Below are positions 8,953-16,850 of a stretch of 64,000 nucleotides of DNA, piece after piece. The notes under the pieces are model-generated. The model was not told where the DNA came from and did not search any database. It saw only the letters and a program-made list of their open reading frames with translations. Origin of the DNA: Escherichia phage P479; sequence record MW269952.1; one strand, 5' to 3'. Both the position numbers and the translations under genes were made by a program. The first letter of the stretch is position 1, and each line of letters opens with the position of its first letter.

Positions 8953-9405
8953 ATGATTATCAATGCAAACTCTTGGCATGCTCGTTTCCACGATAAATTT
9001 TATGACCGCCATTCTCGTCCGCACTCATTGTGTGCTTACTTTTGGAAAATGGTTTGGGCCTGTTTTGTTTGTGCCATTTTTATCGGTAGTATGGTTTTTG
9101 GATTAACTGTCGCGGGGGCTGGTGTATTAGAGCATTTCTTTGTATTAAGTACCCCGGTTGGTTTAGGTTTAGGGTTTATTTTAGGACTAGCTACACTGGC
9201 TCTTATTCTGGCGGTAGCATTTGGTTTAATGTATGGTCTAATGAATTTATGGTCCTGGTATGATTTACGTAAAGAAGAAAAGGAATGGCAACGTATTCTA
9301 GCCAAACGTGAAGGAAAGGAAACTAAAGAAAACATCGTTATTCAATACATTAAAGCTCGTAAATCTAAGATGTGTCCTGTAATCCACTTCGAGGACAAAA
9401 AATGA
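8953..9405 (+). CDS. Hypothetical multi-pass membrane protein
   Basis: 150 aa; hydrophobic helices in residues 30-110; overlaps the next gene. Confidence 0.45.
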   Translation: MIINANSWHARFHDKFYDRHSRPHSLCAYFWKMVWACFVCAIFIGSMVFGLTVAGAGVLEHFFVLSTPVGLGLGFILGLATLALILAVAFGLMYGLMNLWSWYDLRKEEKEWQRILAKREGKETKENIVIQYIKARKSKMCPVIHFEDKK

Positions 9406-10412
9406 GAACAGTTATGAAAGGCTACTTCGGTAGCCACCTTTATGGAACAAGTACCCCAGAATCTGATGTCGATTTTAAAGAAATCTTTGTTCCACATCCT
9501 CGTGATATTCTACTTGGGACGGCGATGAACCATACCAACCTGAACACAAATAACACGGCCACCAAAAATACAAAAGATGATGTTGACCATGAACTTTATA
9601 GTCTGAAATATTTCTTTAAACTGGCAGCCGAAGGCGAAACCGTTGCTCTGGACATGATTCACACCCCGGCTGACCTGGTAGTCAAATCCGATTTACCAGA
9701 TGTATGGAAGTTTATTCAAGACAACCGTTCACGGTTTTATACAACTAACATGAAAGCCTATTTAGGGTATGTCCGTAAGCAAGCTTCTAAATATGGTGTT
9801 AAAGGTTCTCGTCTGGCTGCTCTGCGTGGTGTACTGGCTATTGTTAACCAGATTCCTGAACAGTGGGTCGATTATCAAGAAGACGGTTCGACTAAGCAAC
9901 GTCGCACTAAGGTAGAAGATATCAAACATCGACTCCCTGAAAATGAGTTCTGTGAATGGGTATTCCATAACCACGAGAAAACAGGTCCTCAAACGTTCTA
10001 TACTGTTCTTGGACGTAAGTACCAAACCACCTTGTCTTTAATCGAGCTCAAGCAATCTCTGAATAAGCTCGATGCGGAATATGGTGAACGTGCTCGTAAG
10101 GCTGAAGCCAATGAAGGTATTGACTGGAAAGCATTGAGTCATGCTTACCGAGCTGGATATCAGCTGAAGGAAATTTATATGACCGGTGACCTTCAGTATC
10201 CTTTACGAACAGCACCGTTTATCCTTGAAATCAAACAAGGGCTACATGCTTTTAAAGATGTACAGGCTGAACTTGAAGCTATCGTTGATGAAGTCGAAAC
10301 TAATGCCATCTGGGCTGCTAAGAACGGTATGCCTGCGAAGGTGGACATGAAGTTCTGGGACAAGTTTGTTGAAGAGGTATATCTTGACAACCACAATTCC
10401 TATTATCGTTAA
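9402..10412 (+). CDS. Pol-beta-superfamily nucleotidyltransferase-like protein
   Basis: 336 aa from ATG 9402 (GAGGA Shine-Dalgarno); GSHLYGTSTPESDVDF fits the G[SG]-x9-D-x-D nucleotidyltransferase motif. Confidence 0.55.
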   Translation: MRTVMKGYFGSHLYGTSTPESDVDFKEIFVPHPRDILLGTAMNHTNLNTNNTATKNTKDDVDHELYSLKYFFKLAAEGETVALDMIHTPADLVVKSDLPDVWKFIQDNRSRFYTTNMKAYLGYVRKQASKYGVKGSRLAALRGVLAIVNQIPEQWVDYQEDGSTKQRRTKVEDIKHRLPENEFCEWVFHNHEKTGPQTFYTVLGRKYQTTLSLIELKQSLNKLDAEYGERARKAEANEGIDWKALSHAYRAGYQLKEIYMTGDLQYPLRTAPFILEIKQGLHAFKDVQAELEAIVDEVETNAIWAAKNGMPAKVDMKFWDKFVEEVYLDNHNSYYR

Positions 10413-10418
10413 ATTCTA

Positions 10419-10442
10419 AGGACCCTTCGGGGTCCTTTTTTA
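10419..10442 (+). terminator. Rho-independent terminator (UUCG tetraloop)
   Basis: AAGGACCC-TTCG-GGGTCCTT followed by a T-run. Confidence 0.7.
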
Positions 10443-10455
10443 TTTTAAAAAGTAG

Positions 10456-10510
10456 TGTACAACCAGATGGTCATGAGGCATAATGTTCCCATACTGAGTT
10501 ACCAAATAAA
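10456..10510 (+). promoter_or_regulatory. T4-type early promoter (family with CCATACTGAGTTACCAAA leader)
   Basis: AAAAGTAGTGTACA, 17-bp spacer, CATAAT 10479-10484, then GTTCCCATACTGAGTTACCAAA. Confidence 0.6.
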
Positions 10511-10525
10511 CAAACGGAGAATAAA

Positions 10526-10732
10526 ATGTTAGAATTAATCAAAGCTGCTGGTGAAAAAGGTCTGATGGTTAACACTCGTGACCCAGAACAACGTCAAGCA
10601 TTTGGTGAGTTAAAAGCCAAAGGTCTGGTTAAAGCATCCCTTGGTATTGGTAATGCTTTGCGTGTGACTTTGACCCCTGCGGGTAAAGCAATGTTCTTCC
10701 CTAAACCATTACCAAAACGTCGTCGCAAGTGA
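10526..10732 (+). CDS. Hypothetical small basic protein
   Basis: 68 aa; C-terminal KRRRK tail; GGAG Shine-Dalgarno. Confidence 0.4.
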   Translation: MLELIKAAGEKGLMVNTRDPEQRQAFGELKAKGLVKASLGIGNALRVTLTPAGKAMFFPKPLPKRRRK

Positions 10733-10738
10733 GGAATT

Positions 10739-11041
10739 ATGAAGAAGTATGAACTTGACATGATTGATGCATGTCTGAAATCTGCTGACCATTTTAAGTT
10801 GAAAATGCACAAGTTAAGAGGAATGGTCAAAACTCCAGAAGAGAAGAAGCGATATGCTCTGAAGGAGAAATGTAAAGCTCTTATCATGATGGATAAGCTG
10901 CAAATGGTCGCCGCAGAAGCTCACAGGACACGTAAAGCTGAGGCCCTTGGTGTTTATATGGCAGAGCAGCTCCATCGCGCCCAGCAAGCCGTTAAGAGCG
11001 TCTGGTTCAGCGGTGAAAATACTGAAAGAACTTTTAATTAA
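10739..11041 (+). CDS. Hypothetical protein
   Basis: 100 aa; basic, helical. Confidence 0.4.
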   Translation: MKKYELDMIDACLKSADHFKLKMHKLRGMVKTPEEKKRYALKEKCKALIMMDKLQMVAAEAHRTRKAEALGVYMAEQLHRAQQAVKSVWFSGENTERTFN

Positions 11042-11044
11042 ATG

Positions 11045-11095
11045 TGTACATAGTATGGGGATAGACGTATAATGTTCCCATACTGAGTTACCAAA
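11045..11095 (+). promoter_or_regulatory. T4-type early promoter (same family as 10456)
   Basis: TGTACA 11045-11050, 17-bp spacer, TATAAT 11068-11073, GTTCCCATACTGAGTTACCAAA leader. Confidence 0.6.
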
Positions 11096-11109
11096 TACTG
11101 GAGAATAAA

Positions 11110-11634
11110 ATGGAAGCTAAATCAATCTTTAATCTGATTAATTACAATAATGGTAATTTTAAATCAGAATCGCAAAGCAAGTTCTTTAATGATGTTGCTT
11201 GTGCGGGTGAGATTACAGTATCAGGTGGTCAGACTTATAAAAACGCCTGGAACTGGATTGTGACTGTTGATTCAGTTGGTATTGTTGATGTGTATAAAAA
11301 CACCAACAAAAACCACTCTTTGTTCTGGTCAAGAGAGACTAATGCAGAATATCAAGCGGCAAGAGCGAAGAAAAATATGCCTACTGAATCTGATGTACAA
11401 AACATCAAATCAGATATCCAATATTATGATGGTCTGATTGCTGAACAACAAGCGGTGCTTGATAAGTTTAATGAAATCAAGGCATGTAAAGAGATTCCTG
11501 AATTCATGCGGGAATCAGTTAATGAACAATACAATCTCACTTCAGAGCGTATTGAAACCTATACCAAACAAAGAGCAGAGCGCCAGGTACTCCTTCAGAA
11601 GTTTGAAGAGCGTTTAAAGACGGTTCTCGCATAA
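11110..11634 (+). CDS. Hypothetical protein
   Basis: 174 aa. Confidence 0.45.
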   Translation: MEAKSIFNLINYNNGNFKSESQSKFFNDVACAGEITVSGGQTYKNAWNWIVTVDSVGIVDVYKNTNKNHSLFWSRETNAEYQAARAKKNMPTESDVQNIKSDIQYYDGLIAEQQAVLDKFNEIKACKEIPEFMRESVNEQYNLTSERIETYTKQRAERQVLLQKFEERLKTVLA

Positions 11635-11697
11635 ACGCTTTATACCAAGGATGGTATAATGGTTCTGACCTTTGATTAATCTATTGAGGAAATTATT

Positions 11698-12543
11698 ATG
11701 TCGCAAGCAATTAATGAAATTCGTTCTGAAGTTAAAAAAGTTGTTAAATTTAACAGTATTCCAAGTACTAAAGATGTGGTTTTAAAGGTTCTATATATGA
11801 TGTGGGATAAGTTCAATGTTTGTACTAATTCTGCTGAATTCACTAAAATCTTTAATAAAACAACGGGATTGCTTACATTAGAAGACCGAGTCATGAAATC
11901 TCTTCATCGTTCAGGTATGTTGTCTCGTGCTAATGCTAAAATTCTACTTAAAAATTATAACAAAGGCTATGACCTTTATGGTCGTGCGATTAGCACCATG
12001 ACATTTGATGAAGTGGTCAAAGACCTTTGGAAGAACCAACGTCGTTTACTGGCGCTTGGCGCGCGTCTTGCAAGTGGTCAAGATAAACAAATGACCTTTA
12101 AAACCAATAATTCTTTAGATTATAAACTATTTAATGTTATTAAAGGTCAAAATGAAGGTGAATACAGTATTTCTTCTTTTAGTGGATGTCAATACGAAAA
12201 CTGGAAATTCCATCTTCGTTTGGCGTTGTCTGTACTGGAATGTCATGGTGTTCTTACCTTTTATGATGTTCAAACTGGAGGCGTCCAGCGTATTAAATTA
12301 TGTCAAATTAAAGACCAAGTTGAAGTCAGTCCTTCAGAACAAGCTCCTAAAATGGAACCTGTTCCAGTGCGAAGCAATGAAAAATATTCAGAGCAAATTG
12401 AGCTTTTCACTAAACAGATTGAAGAGCTTAACATCACCATCCAGCAGCAAGATGATGAAATTTTCCGCCTGTCAGGACTGAACGGCGCGGCAAAAGCTGA
12501 ACGTCAGAAACTGATGGACGTTATTAAATTGCTTAAGGCTTAA
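11698..12543 (+). CDS. Hypothetical protein with C-terminal coiled coil
   Basis: 281 aa; heptad-like C-terminus (...EELNITIQQQDDEIFRLSGL...KLMDVIKLLKA). Confidence 0.45.
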   Translation: MSQAINEIRSEVKKVVKFNSIPSTKDVVLKVLYMMWDKFNVCTNSAEFTKIFNKTTGLLTLEDRVMKSLHRSGMLSRANAKILLKNYNKGYDLYGRAISTMTFDEVVKDLWKNQRRLLALGARLASGQDKQMTFKTNNSLDYKLFNVIKGQNEGEYSISSFSGCQYENWKFHLRLALSVLECHGVLTFYDVQTGGVQRIKLCQIKDQVEVSPSEQAPKMEPVPVRSNEKYSEQIELFTKQIEELNITIQQQDDEIFRLSGLNGAAKAERQKLMDVIKLLKA

Positions 12544-12544
12544 T

Positions 12545-12760
12545 ATGACCATTTTGATTATCAGTATTATTTTTGGTTATCTTGTGACGGGTTTTATTAC
12601 TACCCTGTTGCTTCACAAGTTTGATAGTCCCTACGAAAGTGGGGACGAGTATGATGCGGTGTTCACAACATTTTGCTGGCCTATATTCTGGGTAGTCGCT
12701 GTTATAATGTGTGTGACCTGGCCTTTTGCTAAACTCTATGAAAAATTATTTGGACTATGA
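12545..12760 (+). CDS. Hypothetical small membrane protein (CWP-motif family)
   Basis: 71 aa; two hydrophobic segments; FCWPIFWVVAV motif shared with ORF 15472-15633. Confidence 0.4.
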   Translation: MTILIISIIFGYLVTGFITTLLLHKFDSPYESGDEYDAVFTTFCWPIFWVVAVIMCVTWPFAKLYEKLFGL

Positions 12761-12761
12761 T

Positions 12762-13643
12762 ATGAACATTAAAACACGTAAAGAATATTCTCGATTTGAA
12801 CAGCGTGAAGGACGTGCAACCCGTCTTATCGCGATGAATTCTCTGGTTAACTTTGGCAAAATCAAATCAGGTTCTGCCACCCAGGGGTATGGACAACGTA
12901 TTGTAAGAATTAACTCTCTGAATGATTACTGCCGCCGCCCGGCGTTTTTGTTTGGTGCCACAGTTCGTAAGAGCATCAAGGAAATCCTGGCCGCTGGACT
13001 TCGTATTCGTAAAGCTCCAGTTAACATCAAGAACTATAATTTTACCTCCAGTAACTTGATTATCAATATCAAGAATGATGGTGTGCAGATTAAGTTCAAG
13101 CCAACCACCAAGGGTGATGTTGCTCTTTGTGATACCTTTAAAGAGGTTATGGGTATTGCGCTGTTTTATATGCGCCATGCTGTTGAAGCATACACGTTTG
13201 AAGAAGATACAAATTATATCCACCAAACGGAAAAATTCCTTAAAACTATAACCATTGATATTAAATTGACTAAAGAATATCTTTTGTCTTACGCTCCTTA
13301 TCAGGAGAAAAAGGAACCAGAAATGACAGAACGTATCCCTACCGCATCATATGGCCCAGCATTTGCAGGTCAGTTTAAATCTTACGACCAGGCTAAAATT
13401 TCACCGTTGGACGTTAAAAACATGTACAAATGGAAAGTTCAACCATCCAGCTCTCTTGAAATCTTTAACCCACCAATGAAGCCTATTGAGAGCTATCATG
13501 CTGATGCTATCCAGGAATCAGTCAACCGCTTAAATGGTCTGATTGAAGATGAGAAAAAGGGTATCCAGGATGTTCTGAATCGCATCAAGAACATGGAAAC
13601 ACAACGCAATAAATTGCAGGCGGCGATTTTAGCATTAAAATAA
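12762..13643 (+). CDS. Hypothetical protein with C-terminal coiled coil
   Basis: 293 aa from ATG 12762; C-terminus ...LNGLIEDEKKGIQDVLNRIKNMETQRNKLQAAILALK. Confidence 0.45.
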   Translation: MNIKTRKEYSRFEQREGRATRLIAMNSLVNFGKIKSGSATQGYGQRIVRINSLNDYCRRPAFLFGATVRKSIKEILAAGLRIRKAPVNIKNYNFTSSNLIINIKNDGVQIKFKPTTKGDVALCDTFKEVMGIALFYMRHAVEAYTFEEDTNYIHQTEKFLKTITIDIKLTKEYLLSYAPYQEKKEPEMTERIPTASYGPAFAGQFKSYDQAKISPLDVKNMYKWKVQPSSSLEIFNPPMKPIESYHADAIQESVNRLNGLIEDEKKGIQDVLNRIKNMETQRNKLQAAILALK

Positions 13644-13644
13644 T

Positions 13645-13690
13645 GTTTACTTCCAAGGATGGAGGGAGTATAATGAATTCCTACTTTATG
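13645..13690 (+). promoter_or_regulatory. T4-type early promoter
   Basis: GTTTAC 13645-13650, 18-bp spacer, TATAAT 13669-13674; GAGGAG Shine-Dalgarno before ATG 13702. Confidence 0.55.
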
Positions 13691-13701
13691 AGGAGAACAC
13701 T

Positions 13702-14691
13702 ATGACACGTAACGAATATATCCAGGCCTTTAACGCAACTATCGACACAAAAGTAAAACCATTGACAGGCGAATCGGCTATCCTTTTAATTATCAATTAT
13801 TGGTTAAATCAGATTGATTCGACGATTGTTGCATCTGGTCGCTTCAAGAAAGACATTGCAACTATTGCGAGTCGTGCCGGTAATGATGATATCAAGAAAA
13901 CTTTTAAAGGTTCCAGAGTCCTGGCGTACCTGGTTAATAAAGACCTTCTTCATAAGTTTGGTGTTGAATCCAACCGCGGTAAAGGTACAATTGGGTATCA
14001 TTGGTTTGGCGATGTTGAAAAATACTACCTTGATAAACAAGGCTATACTGTTTCTGAATTCGCACATTGCTGGGCTCGTGAATTCAGAGATAACAAAATG
14101 TCTATCATAAAATCAGCGACAAAATTGATGGGCGGTGATTTTCGCACTATCTCCCATTTGGCTGAGCACATGATAAAGGTTAAAGAGTCTGGTGAAAACC
14201 AGGTAATTATTACAGTTAAGCATGAGTTCTTTACGCCGGTGGCTACTCCAGAAAATGTCAAAAAGTATCTTGATGTTGCCTGTACGCTTACTCATCAGCT
14301 GGTGTGTGCCCTTAACTATATGCGCACTGTTGAAAAAATTAAAGTAGACCCTATCACCAGTGCTCATGGTTGGAAAGGTTGGAAAATTGTGGTGACATTA
14401 CGCGAAGTTAAATGTGCAAAACAACCAACTGATGCAGAAATTTATAAAAAGAAAAGTGAGGAAATTATGAATGCACCACAAGAAACCACCCTTGAAGACC
14501 TGATTGATAATCTGAATAATGAGCCAGCGGAACAAAAAGCGCCTGAAATTGTTGCTCTGGAAATGGCGTATAATAAAGCTCTTGCTGTTAATAAAAAGGC
14601 AACTGAAGACTATACTAAAGCCAAGCGACTTTGGGAAGAATCAACCAATCGTCTGGATAAACTGGAACAAGCTCTGGAGCTGCTGAAATGA
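13702..14691 (+). CDS. Hypothetical protein with C-terminal coiled coil
   Basis: 329 aa; C-terminus ...[32 protein letters not shown]. Confidence 0.45.
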   Translation: MTRNEYIQAFNATIDTKVKPLTGESAILLIINYWLNQIDSTIVASGRFKKDIATIASRAGNDDIKKTFKGSRVLAYLVNKDLLHKFGVESNRGKGTIGYHWFGDVEKYYLDKQGYTVSEFAHCWAREFRDNKMSIIKSATKLMGGDFRTISHLAEHMIKVKESGENQVIITVKHEFFTPVATPENVKKYLDVACTLTHQLVCALNYMRTVEKIKVDPITSAHGWKGWKIVVTLREVKCAKQPTDAEIYKKKSEEIMNAPQETTLEDLIDNLNNEPAEQKAPEIVALEMAYNKALAVNKKATEDYTKAKRLWEESTNRLDKLEQALELLK

Positions 14692-14981
14692 AACAACGTT
14701 TAGCTGAAGATATTGCAGAAACTGCATTTCCAGAATGGACCCCCGCAGCGGGGGTTAATAAAGGTCTTATAAACTGGACTGATGATTATAGTCAGGTTCC
14801 TGATTGGGATATGGTAATGGCTATGGTTCGCCGCCGGGAACGTGCTTCTAAGAGCGTTCCAAACTGTCCAGAATGTGGAACTGAACAGGTCCAGTTAGTC
14901 CATTGGCAGACTAGTAATCTTCGTTATAAATGCAGACATTGCAAACACAAATTTGAGCGAGAAGAAAATGGCAAAGCGTAA
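14688..14981 (+). CDS. Hypothetical zinc-ribbon protein
   Basis: 97 aa; CPECG...CRHC Cys4 pair. Confidence 0.4.
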   Translation: MKQRLAEDIAETAFPEWTPAAGVNKGLINWTDDYSQVPDWDMVMAMVRRRERASKSVPNCPECGTEQVQLVHWQTSNLRYKCRHCKHKFEREENGKA

Positions 14982-15210
14982 AGAATATCTTGAGACTGCT
15001 GATAAGGCGGTCCGTGAATTAACTCTGGCCTATTATAAAGAACACGGTAAACTTCCGGATAGTTATTCAGTATTGAAATCTGCTTTAACTCGTTCATATA
15101 ATAATATGCGTTCAGAAGTTTATGGTATTATGGTCAAACATAAAGAACAAACCGGTCAATACCCCGATTATACTGAGACCTTCAAACAAGTATTAGGAAT
15201 TAAGGAATAA
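14968..15210 (+). CDS. Hypothetical protein
   Basis: 80 aa from ATG 14968 (alternative TTG at 14953). Confidence 0.35.
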   Translation: MAKRKEYLETADKAVRELTLAYYKEHGKLPDSYSVLKSALTRSYNNMRSEVYGIMVKHKEQTGQYPDYTETFKQVLGIKE

Positions 15211-15211
15211 T

Positions 15212-15475
15212 ATGTTTAAAGTATATGGTTACGATTCATCTATTCATCGCTGTGTTTTCTGTGATAATGCAAAACGTTTACTTGACGTTAAAAAACATCC
15301 TTATGAATTCATCAATGTTATGCCGGAAAAAGGTGTGTTTGATGATGAGAAGATTGCTCAACTCCTGGTTGCGCTTGGTCGCGAATCTCAAATTGGTTTG
15401 ACCTTGCCACAGGTATTTGCCCCTGATGGAAGTCATATTGGTGGCTTCGACCAACTGCGGGCATATTTCAAATGA
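15212..15475 (+). CDS. nrdC: Thioredoxin/glutaredoxin NrdC
   Basis: 87 aa; MFKVYGYDS.IH.CV.CDNAKRLL...PQVFAPDGSHIGGFDQLR.YFK nearly identical to T4 NrdC. Confidence 0.95.
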   Translation: MFKVYGYDSSIHRCVFCDNAKRLLDVKKHPYEFINVMPEKGVFDDEKIAQLLVALGRESQIGLTLPQVFAPDGSHIGGFDQLRAYFK

Positions 15476-15633
15476 TTGAATTAATGTTGGTTGTTTTGTA
15501 TCTTATCATCGGTATTGGTTATGCTAAGACCCTAGCTAAATTAGATGATTCCGGTGATTTTTGTTGGTGGCTGACGTCTATGATTTGTTGGCCTTTATTT
15601 CTGGTTGGTGCTTCATTCTGGAACTTTAAATGA
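15472..15633 (+). CDS. Hypothetical small membrane protein (CWP-motif family)
   Basis: 53 aa, below the ORF-track cutoff; ATGA overlap with nrdC; MICWPLFLVGAS motif paralogous to ORF 12545-12760. Confidence 0.4.
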   Translation: MIELMLVVLYLIIGIGYAKTLAKLDDSGDFCWWLTSMICWPLFLVGASFWNFK

Positions 15634-15938
15634 ACGAATTAAGTGGACAAACCATTTATCTGGGTGATGGTAAAGAAGACGACCTGGAATTTAAACTCTA
15701 CGAATATATGGTTGCATTAGCTAAAGAAGAAGGTATTGACTTCGCTGTAGCTAATCCGTATGGCGAGAACACTGTTGTAATCGGTGACACCGCTTATGAA
15801 GTCCAATGGCAATACGTTGGTCTTGAATCTGAAGAATATGACGTTACTGATGATGGTAAATGGTATCCTATAGGTCCTTGGTACTGGGACAACGGTGAAC
15901 CCGATTTTGAAGTATCGAGTTGGTGGTGTGACCGTTAA
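15630..15938 (+). CDS. Hypothetical strongly acidic protein
   Basis: 102 aa; rich in Asp/Glu and Trp/Tyr. Confidence 0.4.
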   Translation: MNELSGQTIYLGDGKEDDLEFKLYEYMVALAKEEGIDFAVANPYGENTVVIGDTAYEVQWQYVGLESEEYDVTDDGKWYPIGPWYWDNGEPDFEVSSWWCDR

Positions 15939-16069
15939 GCCATGGTATGTCGCTCGGTGGGATACGATAGAACCTACCGAGCCAGAGGAACCTGTTTACA
16001 ACGGTTCCGAAATAGAGTATAATGAACCTTCAAACAATGAGTTAATCGATATGGAGTTTGGGTTTTACT

Positions 16070-16246
16070 ATGAAAACTGGACTGATTTATACTGAAAAAC
16101 TAAATGGCACTAAGGTCTGGAAACTTCTTATCAAAGGAAGTCCAACTGACCAGTTTATGGCCACCTGTGTAGGATTATATACCCGTCCTACTAAAAAGAT
16201 GATTCGTCAATTTAAACGTTTGCATCGCTCGTTCTACGGGGTCTGA
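16070..16246 (+). CDS. Hypothetical small basic protein
   Basis: 58 aa from ATG 16070; start uncertain. Confidence 0.3.
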   Translation: MKTGLIYTEKLNGTKVWKLLIKGSPTDQFMATCVGLYTRPTKKMIRQFKRLHRSFYGV

Positions 16247-16376
16247 TATGGATGCTCTTATTACGGTATTTTGGGCCGGAGTTGCTTTATTCGGATTGTT
16301 GTTAGTGCTAAGTTGCACTGCTAAACTATTAGGATATTAATAAATACCCTTATCTAATAATGGTAAGGGTTTTATT

Positions 16377-16850
16377 ATGTTGTTGACTGGCAAATTATAC
16401 AAAGAAGAAAAACAAAAACTTTATGATGCACAAGCTGGTAAGTGTCCAATTTGCCACCGTGATTTGGACTCTGATGTTCAGGCCAACCATCTTGACCATG
16501 ACCACGAATTGAACGGACCAAAAGCCGGTAAGGTTCGCGGGTTACTATGCAATCTGTGCAATGGAACAGAAGGACAAATGAAGCATAAGTTCAGCCGTTC
16601 GGGTCTAAAAAGTCGCGATGTTGACTACCTGGAATGGTTAGAGAGTTTGCTTGTCTATCTGAAATCTGATTATACCGAAAACAATATTCACCCCAATTTT
16701 GTAACAGACAAAGCCAAAGAGTTTGGCCGCCTGGGGAAAGAAGAAATGATTCGGGAAATGCTTTTGAATGGTATGACTTATAATGAATCTGACACCAAAA
16801 CACAATTAATGGCTTCATTTAAGAAGCAGCTTAGAAAGAGTTTAAAATGA
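16377..16850 (+). CDS. 49: Endonuclease VII (Holliday-junction resolvase)
   Basis: 157 aa; MLLTGKLYKEEKQK.YDAQ.GKC.IC.R...HLDHDHELNGPKAGKVRGLLCNLCN nearly identical to T4 gp49. Confidence 0.95.
   Translation: MLLTGKLYKEEKQKLYDAQAGKCPICHRDLDSDVQANHLDHDHELNGPKAGKVRGLLCNLCNGTEGQMKHKFSRSGLKSRDVDYLEWLESLLVYLKSDYTENNIHPNFVTDKAKEFGRLGKEEMIREMLLNGMTYNESDTKTQLMASFKKQLRKSLK

Noticed and set aside
15895-16095. 66-aa ORF overlapping the ends of two neighbours
   Set aside because: No ATG or Shine-Dalgarno at its start, and it overlaps the better-supported ORF starting at 16070; kept only as a possibility.
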